NCBI RefSeq assembly: GCF_006345805.1
Contig: NC_042997.1
Span: forward strand, 91,760,001-91,824,000
Direction: 5' to 3'
Length of the DNA stretch: 64,000 bases
Origin: Octopus sinensis
Taxonomy: Eukaryota
A model generated the notes under the pieces. That model worked only from the letters and a program-made list of their open reading frames with translations. It had not been told where the DNA came from and made no database searches. This document shows, piece by piece, positions 1 to 13,037 of this stretch (positions are counted from its first letter, which is position 1; each line of letters starts with the position of its first letter). A program made the position numbers and the translations under genes.

Positions 1-589
1 TCATTCTGTCTCTTGAATCTACTCCCATCCGAAGTTTTTTTCTTTTTTTTTTCAAACAAAACTACAGCAGTATCATCCTCACTGAGTTGTTCACATGTAT
101 CAGTCTTGAAAGACTTAAAAAGGAAATTGTCATTAAACTTACACAAAAATGAAAGTACATGAATTAGGTATTTTCTCACAGTCAAAAACATGCAAGCAAT
201 AACGAACTCCTTTATAAGTACCTTATTTACTCAGTCAGTTCTCTATAAATTACTACAAATTAAAAATATTTTAGAGCCACCGTTTAGGGTGGCTTTCTTA
301 ATCCACAATCTTCTTTATAGCATTAATTCATAGCTTGAATCAATAGGGGGAAGAGTAACAGGCTGTACACCTCAATCCAAACGATATGCTCAACCGCGTC
401 CCACTGACATAATAGCAAAGGCGTTGCCGCAGAGAATGGCCAACAACACTCCACCTCGCGGGTTTCATTTCTCAAACGGACCGTTGTAATTCCGATTTTA
501 CGGGGGAAATCAGAGGCAACCAGAACGAGAACATCTCGACGGCGACTGGAACGAACAAATAGCGGCCGATCAAACTCCCGTACTTATTT

Positions 590-1810
590 ATCTTTCTCTG
601 TTCTGCATTACGCTCCACTCAGTCCGCTCGTCCACCAGCGTCTGGTACCTGGATGACGTGATCCTGGAGGCTCGGTTGTGTCTGTACTTGAGGAGTTTCA
701 GCAAGTCATCCCAGTCCAAAATCTCCTTGAACTTGAGCTTATTCCGTTCAAGTCAAAGGTAATAAATGTGAGCCAAGGTGGGACTGAATTTTGGGACGGC
801 ATATCTAGCATTCAGCTCGTCTTGGCGGGTGTTCGGCTGACGCCGAGGGACGTCTACTTCGTTCATGACACTCCAGTCTTCCCGAAAGCCATAGGAGTGT
901 GCCTGGGGACCAAGCTTGAAGACCTGTCAAGGATGTCGGAGAGATTGCACCTCATTGATGCGCAGCCGATGTTCTTCCTCTTGGAGAACTGCCTAGCTCT
1001 GCCTTAGCTCCTTTTCTTGCTACGCAATACGTCTTGATACCTTCTCACAGATCGCCTCGGCGAAATCAATGCCATTATCTGGCGCAATGCTGAACTGATC
1101 TGCAATGCAAGATTTGACAGCATTGACTAGCAACAGACGAAACTACTCGTGAAATTCAGACCTGACGCTGCATGTCTATCTTTCCTCACTCTCCTCCAGT
1201 CGCACACTCAGAGTAGGATCCTCTGGGGGACGGCTGAACCTGATGTACTCGGGAACAGAAACCAGCTCTGACCGCTGGACCGTCAAAGGCCTCACCATCC
1301 CCCAGAATACAAATGTCCTATGTATAACTGGGACGACGTCAAATGCAGATATACCTTCAGATAGATTGAGGCTTCCTTGAACTAGCAGCGTCTTGCCTAC
1401 TTCCGTTTCACTTTGCAGCCAAACAACAGTGAGTGATTCAATTCGGTACCCTCCTCATCAACTGGTACCCTTCTTAATAATGAGTGTACTCGTATCAGAG
1501 TGGTCCAGCGCCGCGTTCTCCGGTTTATGAGTCACGTAAATTCCGTTGTGGAGCTGTAGCTGACGAATTCGGCCTGCATCCGTTATCATGCTGCCATAGC
1601 GCGGGCTGTTTCACCGAAACGCCACTCTGAACGACATCATCAGCAGGGATCTTGACGCAGCCGGCTTCCAGTCACAACTGGAGCCAGTGGATCTTCACTG
1701 CGGAGATGGTAAGCGCCCCGACGGAATATCCCTCTTCCCATACGAGGGAAGTAAATCCCTTATCTGAGACGTGACATGCTGCAACCCGTTCTTCACCTCG
1801 GACCTTTATA
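590..1810 (+). mobile_element. Degenerate CRE-clade (RT + restriction-like endonuclease) non-LTR retrotransposon fragment
   Basis: WYLDDV RT motif at 643-660; NSVPSSSTGTLLNNECTRIRV at ~1440-1500; GLHPLSC..ATLNDII..EP..GDGKRPDG..SLI*DVTC at ~1570-1785 (RLE PD..D motif); several stops and frameshifts. Confidence 0.8.
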
Positions 1811-1919
1811 GATCGATAACAAATATATTAAGCATAGTATTGGTATTCCCTGCCTCTGTTCTTTGGCCATTTATAACAGACGATGTTAGGTTCAGTGCCA
1901 AGGTAACATGAGTATTTCA

Positions 1920-2126
1920 AATTCTGGCACAAGCTATCGGTTTTTGAGAGAAGGTGTATGTCGATTCCATCAAAACCAGTACTTGATTGGTACTTAAATT
2001 ATTGACCCCGAAAGGGATGAAAGGTACAGTCAATCACAGTGCAATTTGAACTCAGAACGTAAAGACGGACGAAATGCCGCTAAACATTTTTCCGGCATGG
2101 TAGCGGTTCTGCCAGCTTGCCGCCTT
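1920..2126 (-). mobile_element. tRNA-derived SINE, family B (AAGGCGGCGAGCTGGCAGAATCG head)
   Basis: Reverse complement matches the copies at 9176-9390 and 62062-62285; B-box GAGTTCAAAT; CTTTCATCC..CGGGGTC core. Confidence 0.75.
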
Positions 2127-2299
2127 TGTGCAATAATATCATAAGAGAAATATAGAATAACAAACTTTTTGAAAATTGTCTGAAAATCCTGTTTTATCAG
2201 AGATTACTACAGGATTTAACCCCGTCTAAATATTTTCTTCCTTCTTTCTATCAATGCTTCACTAATTACCATTTCTATCATGGTAATGTGAGTGCACTC

Positions 2300-3452
2300 T
2301 TTCTTTCCAGGTAAATTGACATCTGACTGTTCAAAGAAGACTTCAAATGTAACTAATAGCGACTTCTCTTGAAAATCGACAAAAATTGGCATCGTCGCGT
2401 TATTAATTACCTGCAGAAAAATGGTTCAGCCCACAAGAGCATTCATGCTAACATGGTTGTTACATTAGGGGATAATGCTACAGCTTTATCAACAGTGCAA
2501 AAGTGGGCAGCTAAATTTAGGAGAGAAGGGGAGAGTCGTAAAGATGGCCCAACGTCTGGACGTCCTGCAACTGCCACCACCGAAGAAAATATTGATCGTG
2601 TTCACCACAGGCAGATGGATGACAGGCGATTGGCTATAAATCAAATAGCCAATGCTATTAGCATATCCCGTGAGAGAGTTGAGAATATTCTGCTCAATGA
2701 ACTTGGTATGACGAAGGTTTCTGTTCAATGGGTGCAACGTCTTCTGACAGTAGATCAAAAGCGCACCAGGCTTATCATATCACAGGAAAATCTGACATTG
2801 TTTGAGGCAGATCCAGCTGGTTTTCCTGAACGTTTCCTAACCCTGGATGAGTACTGGATTCATCACTTTGATCCAGAGACAATGGGACAATCCAAGCAGT
2901 GGAAAACCCCTCCTCACTTCGCCAAAGGAGGTCAGGGTAGTTTCATCTGTATGGAAGGTGATGGCCTCTTTGGGGATGCAAAAGACATTGTGTTTACCTT
3001 CAAAAGAGCCACACCGTCAATGGAGAGTACCATACCAACTTGCTGAGGCAATTATGAAAGGCTATCAAGACCAAACACAAAGGAAAACTGACGAAAGATG
3101 TCTTGTTTCACCAGGACAATACTCCAGCACACAAGTTCTTGGATTCAGTGGTTGCCATGTGTGACTGTGACTTTGAACTGGTTGGTCAGCCTCCTTATTC
3201 TCCTGATTTTGCCGCATCTATCATCTGCCCCCCGCAAACAGGAAAAAGCACTTAGTTGGGAAATAGTATCATAATGATGACGCCGTCATATCTACTATTG
3301 ATGACTTTTTTGACGAACAAAATGAAAACTTCTTCACCAATATATTCATTCAAAGCACCGTGTGTACCGCATGGGAGACTGTGTTGAAAAATAAATCCCA
3401 TTTGGTCACATTCCATGAGAATATCTTGGTCAGCCTATGAACTTTTCAACCG
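2300..3452 (+). pseudogene. Mariner (DD34D-type) transposase pseudogene, 5'-truncated element
   Basis: ORF 2369-3046 has the HTH region, WVQRLL (WVPxxL), LTLDEYWIHHFDPE; other frames give FHQDNTPAH and PYSPDF; 3' TIR remnant GGTCAGCCTATGAACTTTT; homologous to 54322-55546. Confidence 0.9.
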
Positions 3453-3607
3453 AAGGAAGACATTTGTACCCAGGATAATGTAGTACATGATACAAGATAC
3501 GTTAAACAAAGACGATATGATCGTAGTTTAAGAACCGTTGATCATATGTTTTTTTTTCTTAGTAAACGTTTCAGATAACTAATTTCCCAATATGGTTCAG
3601 AGCCTGG

Positions 3608-3730
3608 AGTATGTATGTATGTATGTATGTATGTATGTATGTATGTATGCATGTATGCATGTATGCATGTATGTATGTATGTATGTATGTATGTATGTAT
3701 GTATGTATGTATGTATTTATGTATGTATTT
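3608..3730. repeat. (TATG)n microsatellite
   Basis: Direct tandem repeat; many similar tracts elsewhere (e.g. 9871-9945, 18581-18660, 19863-20062, 30270-30395, 40025-40105, 58700-58775). Confidence 0.95.
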
Positions 3731-4059
3731 GCATACGCACACACACGCACACGCACATGCACACATACACACACGAACACACAAGCCCACACGCACAGAG
3801 AGGGGGGAGATAAAAGGAATGAGAAAGAAAGCAGATGTTCCGGTCGTCGTATGTTTCGATAATATAGAGGAAAGATGACGAGAATGTTTATGATTCACCC
3901 TACTCTAATAAAATATGATTCCTTAAGAGGAAGAAGTCAAAAGAGAGGTTTGGCTGTTCGAGATGACAAACCAAATGTCCTTGGCATCTTATTTCTTGTT
4001 TTTACATCATATCGATATTATGTCATGCACACTACTACATCACGTTGATATGTTAAATT

Positions 4060-4064
4060 ATATC

Positions 4065-4099
<35 letters not shown>

Positions 4100-4114
4100 G
4101 TCTGTCTGTCTGTG

Positions 4115-4192
<78 letters not shown>
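4060..4192. repeat. Compound (TATC)n/(TGTC)n/(TG)n microsatellite
   Basis: Direct tandem repeats. Confidence 0.95.
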
Positions 4193-4193
<1 letters not shown>

Positions 4194-5776
4194 CCCTAAT
4201 GGCATTAACTTACATGGTAATTTATTGTTATGAAGAAAACAAACAGTATTGAACTTCTTCGTTGCATCACTAAACTAACTTGATGTTATACTCCATTCTA
4301 CAACTCCAACGCGATAGAAAACACCCAAAACAAACACAAATATGTAGTGTGTCTTATCATAAGGTTTTTGTGTTAATCAAAAAAAAAAAAACTTCATATT
4401 GTAGTGAATCTTGCAGGCATCAAGTGGATTCGATCCACCATAGCCAAATTTAAATTAACACTTCAACAGAACTTTTCCCGCGGTGGAACAATGTTTTTTT
4501 TTTCTGTGACAGCAGTTTTAGCTAGGCCGAAATAATGTCTTTACCACTTGACCCTTCTAACCTCTTATAAACCACCAAAAGCTAGAATGGAGGTAATAAG
4601 CACCACCAACGAAATCTATTGTTCTCAACAATATATCTATCCTTCTGGATAGTTATAAAAACAAGAACCCCAAGCAAAAATCAGTTAGTCACTTGATGAC
4701 AACTCAGTGACAACTCATGAGTTGGGAGAGAGCTAACACCAGTTAGTGAACCGACCACGAGAATTATGGCCGCAAGCAGGCAGACAAACGGCCAGAGGGA
4801 AAAAGAAGGGAAGTTTACAGTCAGTGACTATGCGAACCAATGTCCCACACTCTCTCACTTTCACTAACTCACTTTCTATTTTCTGCACATTACCATATCT
4901 CTCTCTATGGTTTACTACTACAATAAGAACATACTACTACGATAAGAACATAGAAGCCGAAATTAACTTTTTTACTTCGCATGCTCTAGGATTTTTCACC
5001 TGCCCGTCGAGGCAAGGTATATACGATGTAACGGTAAAAATAAATATTTCCTTAAAACTTCATGCACTTTTCATCTTTGACATCTTACAACATGCCTTTG
5101 CAATAAATTTCAGCCCTTACAATATCACCTCTGTTCCAAGATGTTTATAAATAACCAGCAATAAAAATATAAGTTATAAGTGAAAGGGTTTGTTTATAGA
5201 AACCTAAATGTATTTTTGCTTGATGTCTATAAAAATTTCCAGATTTTAAAAAACTGACAAAGTTTTAATTGTTTCATTACTGCAAAGGCTGAGTAGTATA
5301 AGGCAGACAAAGCAGTGCTCCATAGCATACTTTGCTTCTTTACATTCACAGATGGTTGGTCGGTCTTGTAGCCCCATCTGACCAAAGCAACTCATGATCA
5401 TTCCGTTCTTCTCAGGCAGTTGTCTTCCCTGAATTCATGATGCTTCAGAGCAAAGACAGAGGCTGCCAACAGGAAGGAAAAGGGTGGATGGATTCCCAGG
5501 TCAATCGAAGGTGAGGGTCGGTCTCAAGCTTTCCACTCGGAGGTGGAGTCTAGTTTCTTCTCGTGACGATATTAGGGGCCGGATATGGCTGAGGAAGCTT
5601 CTTCGTGACTTCAATTTTTGGGCCGAGGATTGACATCCATAGAGGAGGAGGTGGTGTTCCTCGCCAGTAGCCGTTGTCATCACGCCAGTTCAACTGGCCA
5701 TTTCCCGTCCGATATCAGCAAGGGCAGTGACTCCGAGAAGGTGTAGGTTGTTTGTGTTGGTGAGCTTCATGTAACT

Positions 5777-5960
5777 CAGTGTTTCCCAACCTTTTTTCCC
5801 GGCGCCCCACTTTTTCATAGCAAAAGTTTTTACGCCCCACCTTTTCCCATGTCCACTCACATTTACAAATGTTTTCACAGCCCACGTCTATGCCCCGCGC
5901 CCCACCTGAATTTTCTCAGGCCCCACCAGTGGGGCGTACGCCCCACCTTGGGAATCACTG
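5777..5960. mobile_element. hAT-type MITE (184 bp)
   Basis: TIR CAGTGTTTCCCAA / TTGGGAATCACTG; perfect 8-bp TSD ATGTAACT at 5769-5776 and 5961-5968; internal CGCCCCAC subterminal repeats. Confidence 0.92.
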
Positions 5961-6619
5961 ATGTAACTAGTGACCAGGTGGAAAGTGTTTTTCAACGCTG
6001 GGTCGTTATATATAACTGCTGCTAACACCACCTCGTCATAAGAACTCGCGAAGATAGTTTCCTAATTCATGTGTTAAAAATTGTCCTTTATTCTTTTAAG
6101 ATGACTGACTGCTGTTTTCTCTGTTGAAGGACAACCCAGATTCTTGAAGTATTAATGCTAGAAAGTATGAAGTTGGCTGATGACCGGGTGAGATGGAGGG
6201 AAATAGTTGCGTTTCATATTGTACACCGACGTCTCCTGTAGGTTATAATTTTGATTGATTGACATGCCAACTTGAAATCCATCCACGCATCAAGAAACGG
6301 CTGTCATTGGTCAAAGGAGATAACTAATAATTTCCAACAATTATCATGTATAATTGTTAATAATGTTTCTTGTCTGGAACATGCTGCATGTATCCTCTTA
6401 CAGTAATTATAGCGTGTGTTTACAATACTAAAAACGTACAGAGATTGCTACAATCTTCATCTAGTCTGATTTTAGCAAATTCAGCAAACGATACTATTTG
6501 TACCGTTTACTATGTCAATAGTATTTATGAGATACTATTGACACGGCTATTTGAGATGTCCATAAAATTATATCACCACTTTATCTAATACAAATATTTC
6601 CGGTAAAATATAGTTTATC

Positions 6620-6830
6620 TTTTATCCTTTTATTTGTTTCACTCATTCGACTGCGGCCATGCTGGGGCACCACCTTGAAGGATTCTAATCGAATGAATCG
6701 ATTCCAGTACTTTTGTTTTTAAATCTGGTACTTATTCTATCGGGTTCTTTTGCTGGACCGTTAGCTTACGGGGGCGTAAAAAGCAACACCGGTTGTCAAG
6801 CGGTTTTGGAGAACAAATAAGAACAAAAAG

Positions 6831-6862
<32 letters not shown>

Positions 6863-7043
6863 ACAAGTGAGTGTATATGTGTGTTCGACGGTCTTCTTTT
6901 AGTTTCCTCCTACCGTATCCACCCACAAGGTTTTGGTCGGCCGGGGGCTATAGTAGAAGGCACATATCAAAGCTGACGCGCAGTGGGACTGAACCCAGAA
7001 CCATGTGGCTGGGATACAAATTTCTTACCACGCAGCTACGCCT
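6620..7043 (-). mobile_element. tRNA-derived SINE, family A (internal microsatellite)
   Basis: Reverse complement of GGCG..GCTGTGTGGTAAG..GGTTCAGTCCCACTGCG head, internal (CA)n, and CCAGCATGGCCGCAGTC tail. Confidence 0.85.
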
Positions 7044-7166
7044 GGAAAACATTTCAGTTCTTGCAAAATTACAACCGTAACTATTTTGCGAACAATATCA
7101 ATGGCCACCATTGTTACTTTTCCAAATGTATAAATCGGTTCTAATTCTAGCAAAATTACTAATCAT

Positions 7167-7642
7167 AGGCGTAGGCGTGGCTGTGTGGTAAGAAATTTGT
7201 TTCCCAACCACATGGTTCCGAGTTCAGTCCTACAGCGCGGCACCTTAGGCAAATGTCTTCTACTATAACCTCGGGCCGACCAAAGCCTTGTGAGTGGATT
7301 TATTAGACGGAACAGGAAGAATTCTGTCGTGAGTGTGTGTGTATGTGTGTGCGCGCGCGTGCTGTGTATGTGTGTGTTGTGTGTGTGTGTGTGTGTGTGT
7401 GTGTTTTGTGTCCATGTTTGTCCCTCCCACACATCACTGTTTGACAACTAGTGCTGGTGTGTTTATGTCCCTGTAATTTGGCAGTTCGGCAAAAGAGACC
7501 GATAGAATAAGTACCAAACTTTAAAAAAATATATATATAAGTACTCGGGTCGATTCATTCAATTAAAAAAATTCTTCCAGACGGTGCCCCAGCACGACCG
7601 CAGTCTAATGACTCAAACAAGTAAGAGATAAAAGATTAAAGA
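7167..7642 (+). mobile_element. tRNA-derived SINE, family A
   Basis: A-box TGGCTGTGTGG, B-box GAGTTCAGTCC, internal (TG)n, shared 3' tail. Confidence 0.88.
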
Positions 7643-7785
7643 ATGCTATTATTGGTAATTTGTTAATGCTTTGTTTGTGTTTATTTTACATTTTGTGGAC
7701 AACAACGTCACAGTTGTTACCCCATGCATTTCCTATGAGGAAACTGATAAGAAAGCGTCTGACGGTAACATAAACGTCCATAAAT

Positions 7786-8258
7786 AGGCGCAGGAGTGGC
7801 TGTGTGGTAAGAAGTTTACTTCCTAATCATATGTTCCAGGTTCAGTCCCACTGCGTGGAGCCTTGGGCAAGTGTCTTCTATAGCCTCGGGTCAACCAAAG
7901 CCTTGTGAGTGGATTTAGTAGACGGAAACTGAAAGAAACTCGTCCTGTATATTTATTTGTTTTCGTTCGGTTTCCTTGTATGTCTCTACTCTCCTGTTTT
8001 TGTTCCCAACTTTGACCCTCCATAAATCCAAAATTTTATTTTGGAATTTATGGAAGCAACTGTCTTCGAAGGCTCATATTGTCGTTGAATTTCGAAATGA
8101 GGAGAAATAGACTGCCGACAACTGATGAAGGGTCGTTATTTGTGTTACTTGTCTTGTTTCCCATTTTTCTCTCTCGTTGTTTGCGTATTTAACTCGTTTG
8201 TTTTCGTACTTCATGTTTACACAGCTGGTGACGTCCTGTATCCATATATGCATATATA

Positions 8259-8300
<42 letters not shown>

Positions 8301-8309
8301 CTTCTGTAC

Positions 8310-8344
<35 letters not shown>

Positions 8345-8605
8345 TGCTTCTGTACGTGCGTGTGTGTGTGTGTGTGTGTGTGCATGCATGCATGTATTTG
8401 TGTGTTTGTGTTTGTCCCCCCACCATCGCTTGACAACAGATATTGATGTGTTTACGACTCTGTAACTTAGCGGTTCGACAAAAAAGAGCAATAGAATAAG
8501 TACTAGACTTACAAAGAATAAGTCATGGGGTCGATTTGTTCGACTAAAGGCGGTGCTCCAGCATACCTGCAGTTAAATAACTGAAACAAGTAATAGAATA
8601 AAAGA
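7786..8605 (+). mobile_element. SINE family A split by a ~290-bp insertion (7941-8241)
   Basis: Head 7786-7940, tail ~8395-8605; unrelated sequence between, bounded by CGTCCTGTAT direct repeats. Confidence 0.75.
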
Positions 8606-8701
8606 TTACACACGCATACATACATATATATATGTATATGTATGTATGTATATACATATATTATACACATGTATACATAGTATAGATACATACATAATAC
8701 A

Positions 8702-8737
<36 letters not shown>

Positions 8738-8869
8738 ATAAGAAAATGGAGAAATGCATCTAAATCAAATATCAATTACCAGATAATACTCAATCACATA
8801 CTTTATTAAACCACCACATAAGAGACTGTAGGGTTAGATATAAAAGCAGAACAAATCAGTGTACATAAA

Positions 8870-8924
<55 letters not shown>

Positions 8925-8984
8925 CGAACAAACGATTTCATTTCAGGTTGCTGCAGTCCATTCTTAGCTGCGAATAGCTAACAT

Positions 8985-9775
8985 TCTGGCGGTCCAGCGT
9001 TCCGTCACATACTGAGTTCAAATTCCGCCGGGGTCGACTTTGCTTTTCATTCTTTCGGGCTCGATAAATTAAGTACCAGTGAAACACTGGGGACGATGTA
9101 ATCGACTATCTCTTCCTCCAAATTTTAGGTTTTGTGCCACAGTAAAAAAGATTATTATTATTGTTGTTGCTGTGTAAGGCGGCGAGTTGGCAGAATCGTT
9201 AGCACGCTGGACGAAATGCTCAGCGGTATTTCACCTGTCGCTACGTTCTGAGTTCAAATTCTGCCGAGGTCGACTTTGCCTATCATCCTTTCGGGGTCGA
9301 TAAATAAGTACCAGTTACATACAGAGATCGATCTAATCGACTGGTCTCCCCACCTCTAAAAAAATTTCAGGCCTTATGCCTTTAGTAGAAAGAATCGTTA
9401 GCACGCCGGGCGAAATGCTTGGCGGTATTTCGTCTGCCCTTACGTTCCGAGTTCAAATTCCGCCGAGGTCTACTTTGCCTTTCATCCTTTCGAGGTCGAT
9501 TAAATAAGTAACAGTTACGCACTGGGGTCGATATAATCGACTTAATCCGTTTGTCTGTCCTTGTTTGTCCTCTCTGTGTTTAGCCCCTTGTGGGTAGTAA
9601 AGAAATAGGTATTTCGTTTGCCGCTACGTTCTAAGTTCAAATTCCGCCAAGGTCGACTTTGCCTTTCATCTTTTCGGGGTCGATAAATTAAATACCAGTT
9701 ACGCAATGGGGCCGATGTAATAGACTTAATCCCTTCTCCCAAATTTGAGACCTTGTGCTTCCAGTAGAAAGGATT
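8985..9775 (+). mobile_element. Head-to-tail cluster of about four family-B SINE copies
   Basis: AGTTCAAATTC..GGTCGACTTTGCCTTTCATCCTTTCGGGGTCGAT..GTACCAG recurs near 9015, 9250, 9450 and 9635. Confidence 0.88.
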
Positions 9776-9913
9776 ATTACTGTTGCTGTTGTTTTTTGGG
9801 TTTTTTTCGAAAGCATTTCCATTGTGACGGGAACTCGGAAATTCCGAAACGCAGGGGCATGCGTATAGAAACATACATGCATACATACATACATACATAC
9901 ATACATACATACA

Positions 9914-9945
<32 letters not shown>

Positions 9946-10405
9946 CATGCGCAGTCAAATACACTCATACATATCTATTCTCCAATGATTATTCTCCATA
10001 TCTTTTATTCTTCCATTTGACCCTTTAAGACTATGAAACAATGGATATATAATAATTACACCATTTGCAATTAGAAATGGAACTGGCGAGGGCTGTTCGT
10101 CTTTCTCCTGTTTGTTTATTTTGTTGGACTTCTATTTAAAAGGCAAATAGGTCTCGTCTAACACTTCAACATGTGGTCAACACATGATACACGTATATAG
10201 TATCTACAGAGTTGGTCATAAAAATGAATAAGAGTTGGGTTTTCCAGTAATATTATTGTTAGTTTTCGCTCTTATTTTCATAATACTCTTTCTACGTTCC
10301 TCCTTACTCCTTCTCCCCGTCTCTTCATTTCCTTCCCTTCCTTTCCACTTCCTTTTCATCCTCTTCCTATCCACAGTCACTACCACCTCCTCCTCCTCCT
10401 TCTCT

Positions 10406-10531
10406 CTTCTTCTTCTTCTTCTTCTTCTTCTTCTCTTCTTCTTCTTCTTCTTCTTCTTCTTCTTCTTCTTCTTCTTCTTCTTCTTCTTCTTCTTCTTCTT
10501 CTTCTTCTTCTTCATCATCATCATCATCATC
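10406..10531. repeat. (CTT)n-(CAT)n trinucleotide tract
   Basis: Direct tandem repeat; explains the poly-K/F ORFs. Confidence 0.95.
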
Positions 10532-10852
10532 AGTAACATCAGCAGAAATGCTACACTAAAGTACAATATTCATCACCGTTGTACTTAAGTGCAACGTTTC
10601 TCACGGGAGACGAGACTGAGAATTGAAAAGGATCATCAAAATTGCCTTGTTTTATAACACACTATTTTAATTAAAATTAATTGTTTAATTTAATTAATTT
10701 AAAATAGTTTTCAGCTTTTAATCTTGTCCAACACTATGATGAAAAACAAAGACAAATGGATGCAAGCCCTATTCTATCTTCGTCTCTTGTTTATCAATAA
10801 AGGGAAAGGAATGAATCAGAGAGTGAGCGAGGAAGCGAGAGAAGGCGGGGGC

Positions 10853-10898
<46 letters not shown>

Positions 10899-11790
10899 CA
10901 AAAAATTTCAGTAATATTGGAGTTGGGAATGATAATTGTCAGTTGGAGAATAGTGTATCTTTAAACAGAGAAGAGGTCGCCTTCAGTTCAAATTATGATA
11001 TTAGTAAGACGAATACTGTAGCTGAGAAATTCGCTCTTAAAAAGCCGGCTCCGTTACTTAGTTTCTGGGTTTGGGCTTAAGCTAAATCGCTTATATTGTT
11101 TTAATACAATTTCCACTCTGCTCAGAATTGTAAATATCTGTATTTAAGAAATATATAGGTTGATCAACCACCAGTAGTCACAGTATAAATATTTATACAT
11201 CATATTTCTCGTTTTTGAGTTTGCTATATTGTGTTGACAAAGCTTTCATATTTCTCTCTCTCTCCCTCCCCCTCTCATCCTTTCTCTTTCCCCTCTTGCT
11301 CGCTTTCTTTCTGAAGAAGAAAAATTAAGAATAAACAATGATATTCATCGGTAAAGCCAAGCGAATTTACTTTACATATGTAGTCATTTTAAATGCTGCT
11401 AAGAATTAACGCTAAAAATATTCGCAGTCCAGTTATTGCCAACCGGCTTCCAATGCTTCAACCTGTTTATCAAGAAATGTTATACTAACGTATATCTATC
11501 TCTTTTCGAGCGTTACCAATGTTTGAGATTTTGTCAGAAAAGTTCTAATGACGTTCTCCTTTAAACGTTCTGTTTTAAGCATTCTAAACAAGAGCAGTTA
11601 CCGAAGTTATAATCTTGACGTTTACCACATTTTTCAACTGCTACAGATCAAAAGGAGTAAGCACAATTTCAGAAGTAAAATATACTTGGAAGCGTTCAAA
11701 GTTAGATCTTTTGCTTGAAATTATCTGGACTAAGTGAACGTTTGTTCAAACTAAACCTCTGTTACAGAACTGAGAACGAGTAAGAGACGA

Positions 11791-11884
<94 letters not shown>

Positions 11885-11956
11885 TTATATTTCAGCTTTT
11901 GCCATAGCAGTATCACAATAACCAGTTGTTGTTTCACTCAAATGTTACCTCTTCAT

Positions 11957-12040
11957 TTAGCTCTGAGGAAGCTATAAGACGTCGCACTATCACTCAACTC
12001 TGGGTGCACATTTCATTATAGTAGAAACAGCTGTAAAGTA
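11957..12040 (+). ncRNA. Minimal type-I hammerhead ribozyme-like motif (degenerate stem I)
   Basis: CTGAGGA 11963-11969; stem II GCTATAA/TTATAGT with long loop; GAAA followed by palindromic ACAGCTGT and GTA triplet; weak stem I. Confidence 0.6.
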
Positions 12041-12499
12041 ATGGAAATGGTTGTGTAACTCCTACCCTATTGTCATTCGTTAATATACTATAGTGTGTGA
12101 GCCGTAAGGCGGCGAAATTGCTGGCCTTGTGCCAAAACTTGAAAGCAGTCTGTGTTTTCAAATATTTCTCTTTTTGTTCTACTTAAATCAAGAAATGCAT
12201 GCATGCAGTGTAAATAGGATAAAGTTGAATGCATAATGCCTTTCAGTAAATTAAATATAAAGGTAATAGTGGGATATATGAAGTAGAATAAATGTAAATA
12301 GAAATACGTATAGCGTATTAGATATATATTCGTACACTAGTTCTTACCACTGTTCATACACCAGTCTAACAATATTGTTTACAATAGTAAAGAGGTCTGC
12401 GAACTCTTGTGAAAGGTTCGAGGTTCATTACCATTCTATATTGTAAATCCATGATTGTGTTCCAGTTATACTGGTTTTCACAGTTTTATATGCCGCTCA

Positions 12500-12822
12500 T
12501 CTCAATTCTTTTAGATAGAAGAAACAGTAAATTCACAACAGTCGCCAGTCACATATATCATCTCAAAAATAGAAATATTCACTACATTTTGTCATGGTCC
12601 ATAATAGATTCAGGGCTTCCATACCAAGGTCAACGCTTAGCTTGTAAGTTATGCCTAAAAGAGGCATTCCACATATTAAAACATTACTCCTCGACATTAC
12701 TAAATAAATATAATGAGGCCCTAAGTACATGCAACCACCGCTTTTTTCATACCTTCAAATTTTACCATAAATCTAAATGCAACCTAAATAACCACACAGC
12801 AGATATCCACAACATCCCTTAG
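12500..12822 (+). mobile_element. Penelope-like element ORF C-terminus (GIY-YIG endonuclease tail)
   Basis: TTVASHIYHLKNRNIHYILSWSII..PY..CKLCLKEAFHI..LLNKYNEALSTCNHR fits the PLE endonuclease C-terminal pattern (LSxHIWxLK..WxI..CxLCLxE..LLNK..CRH). Confidence 0.78.
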
Positions 12823-13005
12823 GTAATCCCCAACAACCCTACTTAACTTTCCTTTATCTCCATTTTAGTTTTCAACCTTTAATTTTTTAACTCCCTTATC
12901 TTTAAGGATCTCAGTCATTTAATATTACACATATGGACATACAAGTGGATACATGTGTGTGTAAATGTATGTGCATGTATTTTTATGTATGCATATGTAT
13001 GTGGG

Positions 13006-13037
<32 letters not shown>

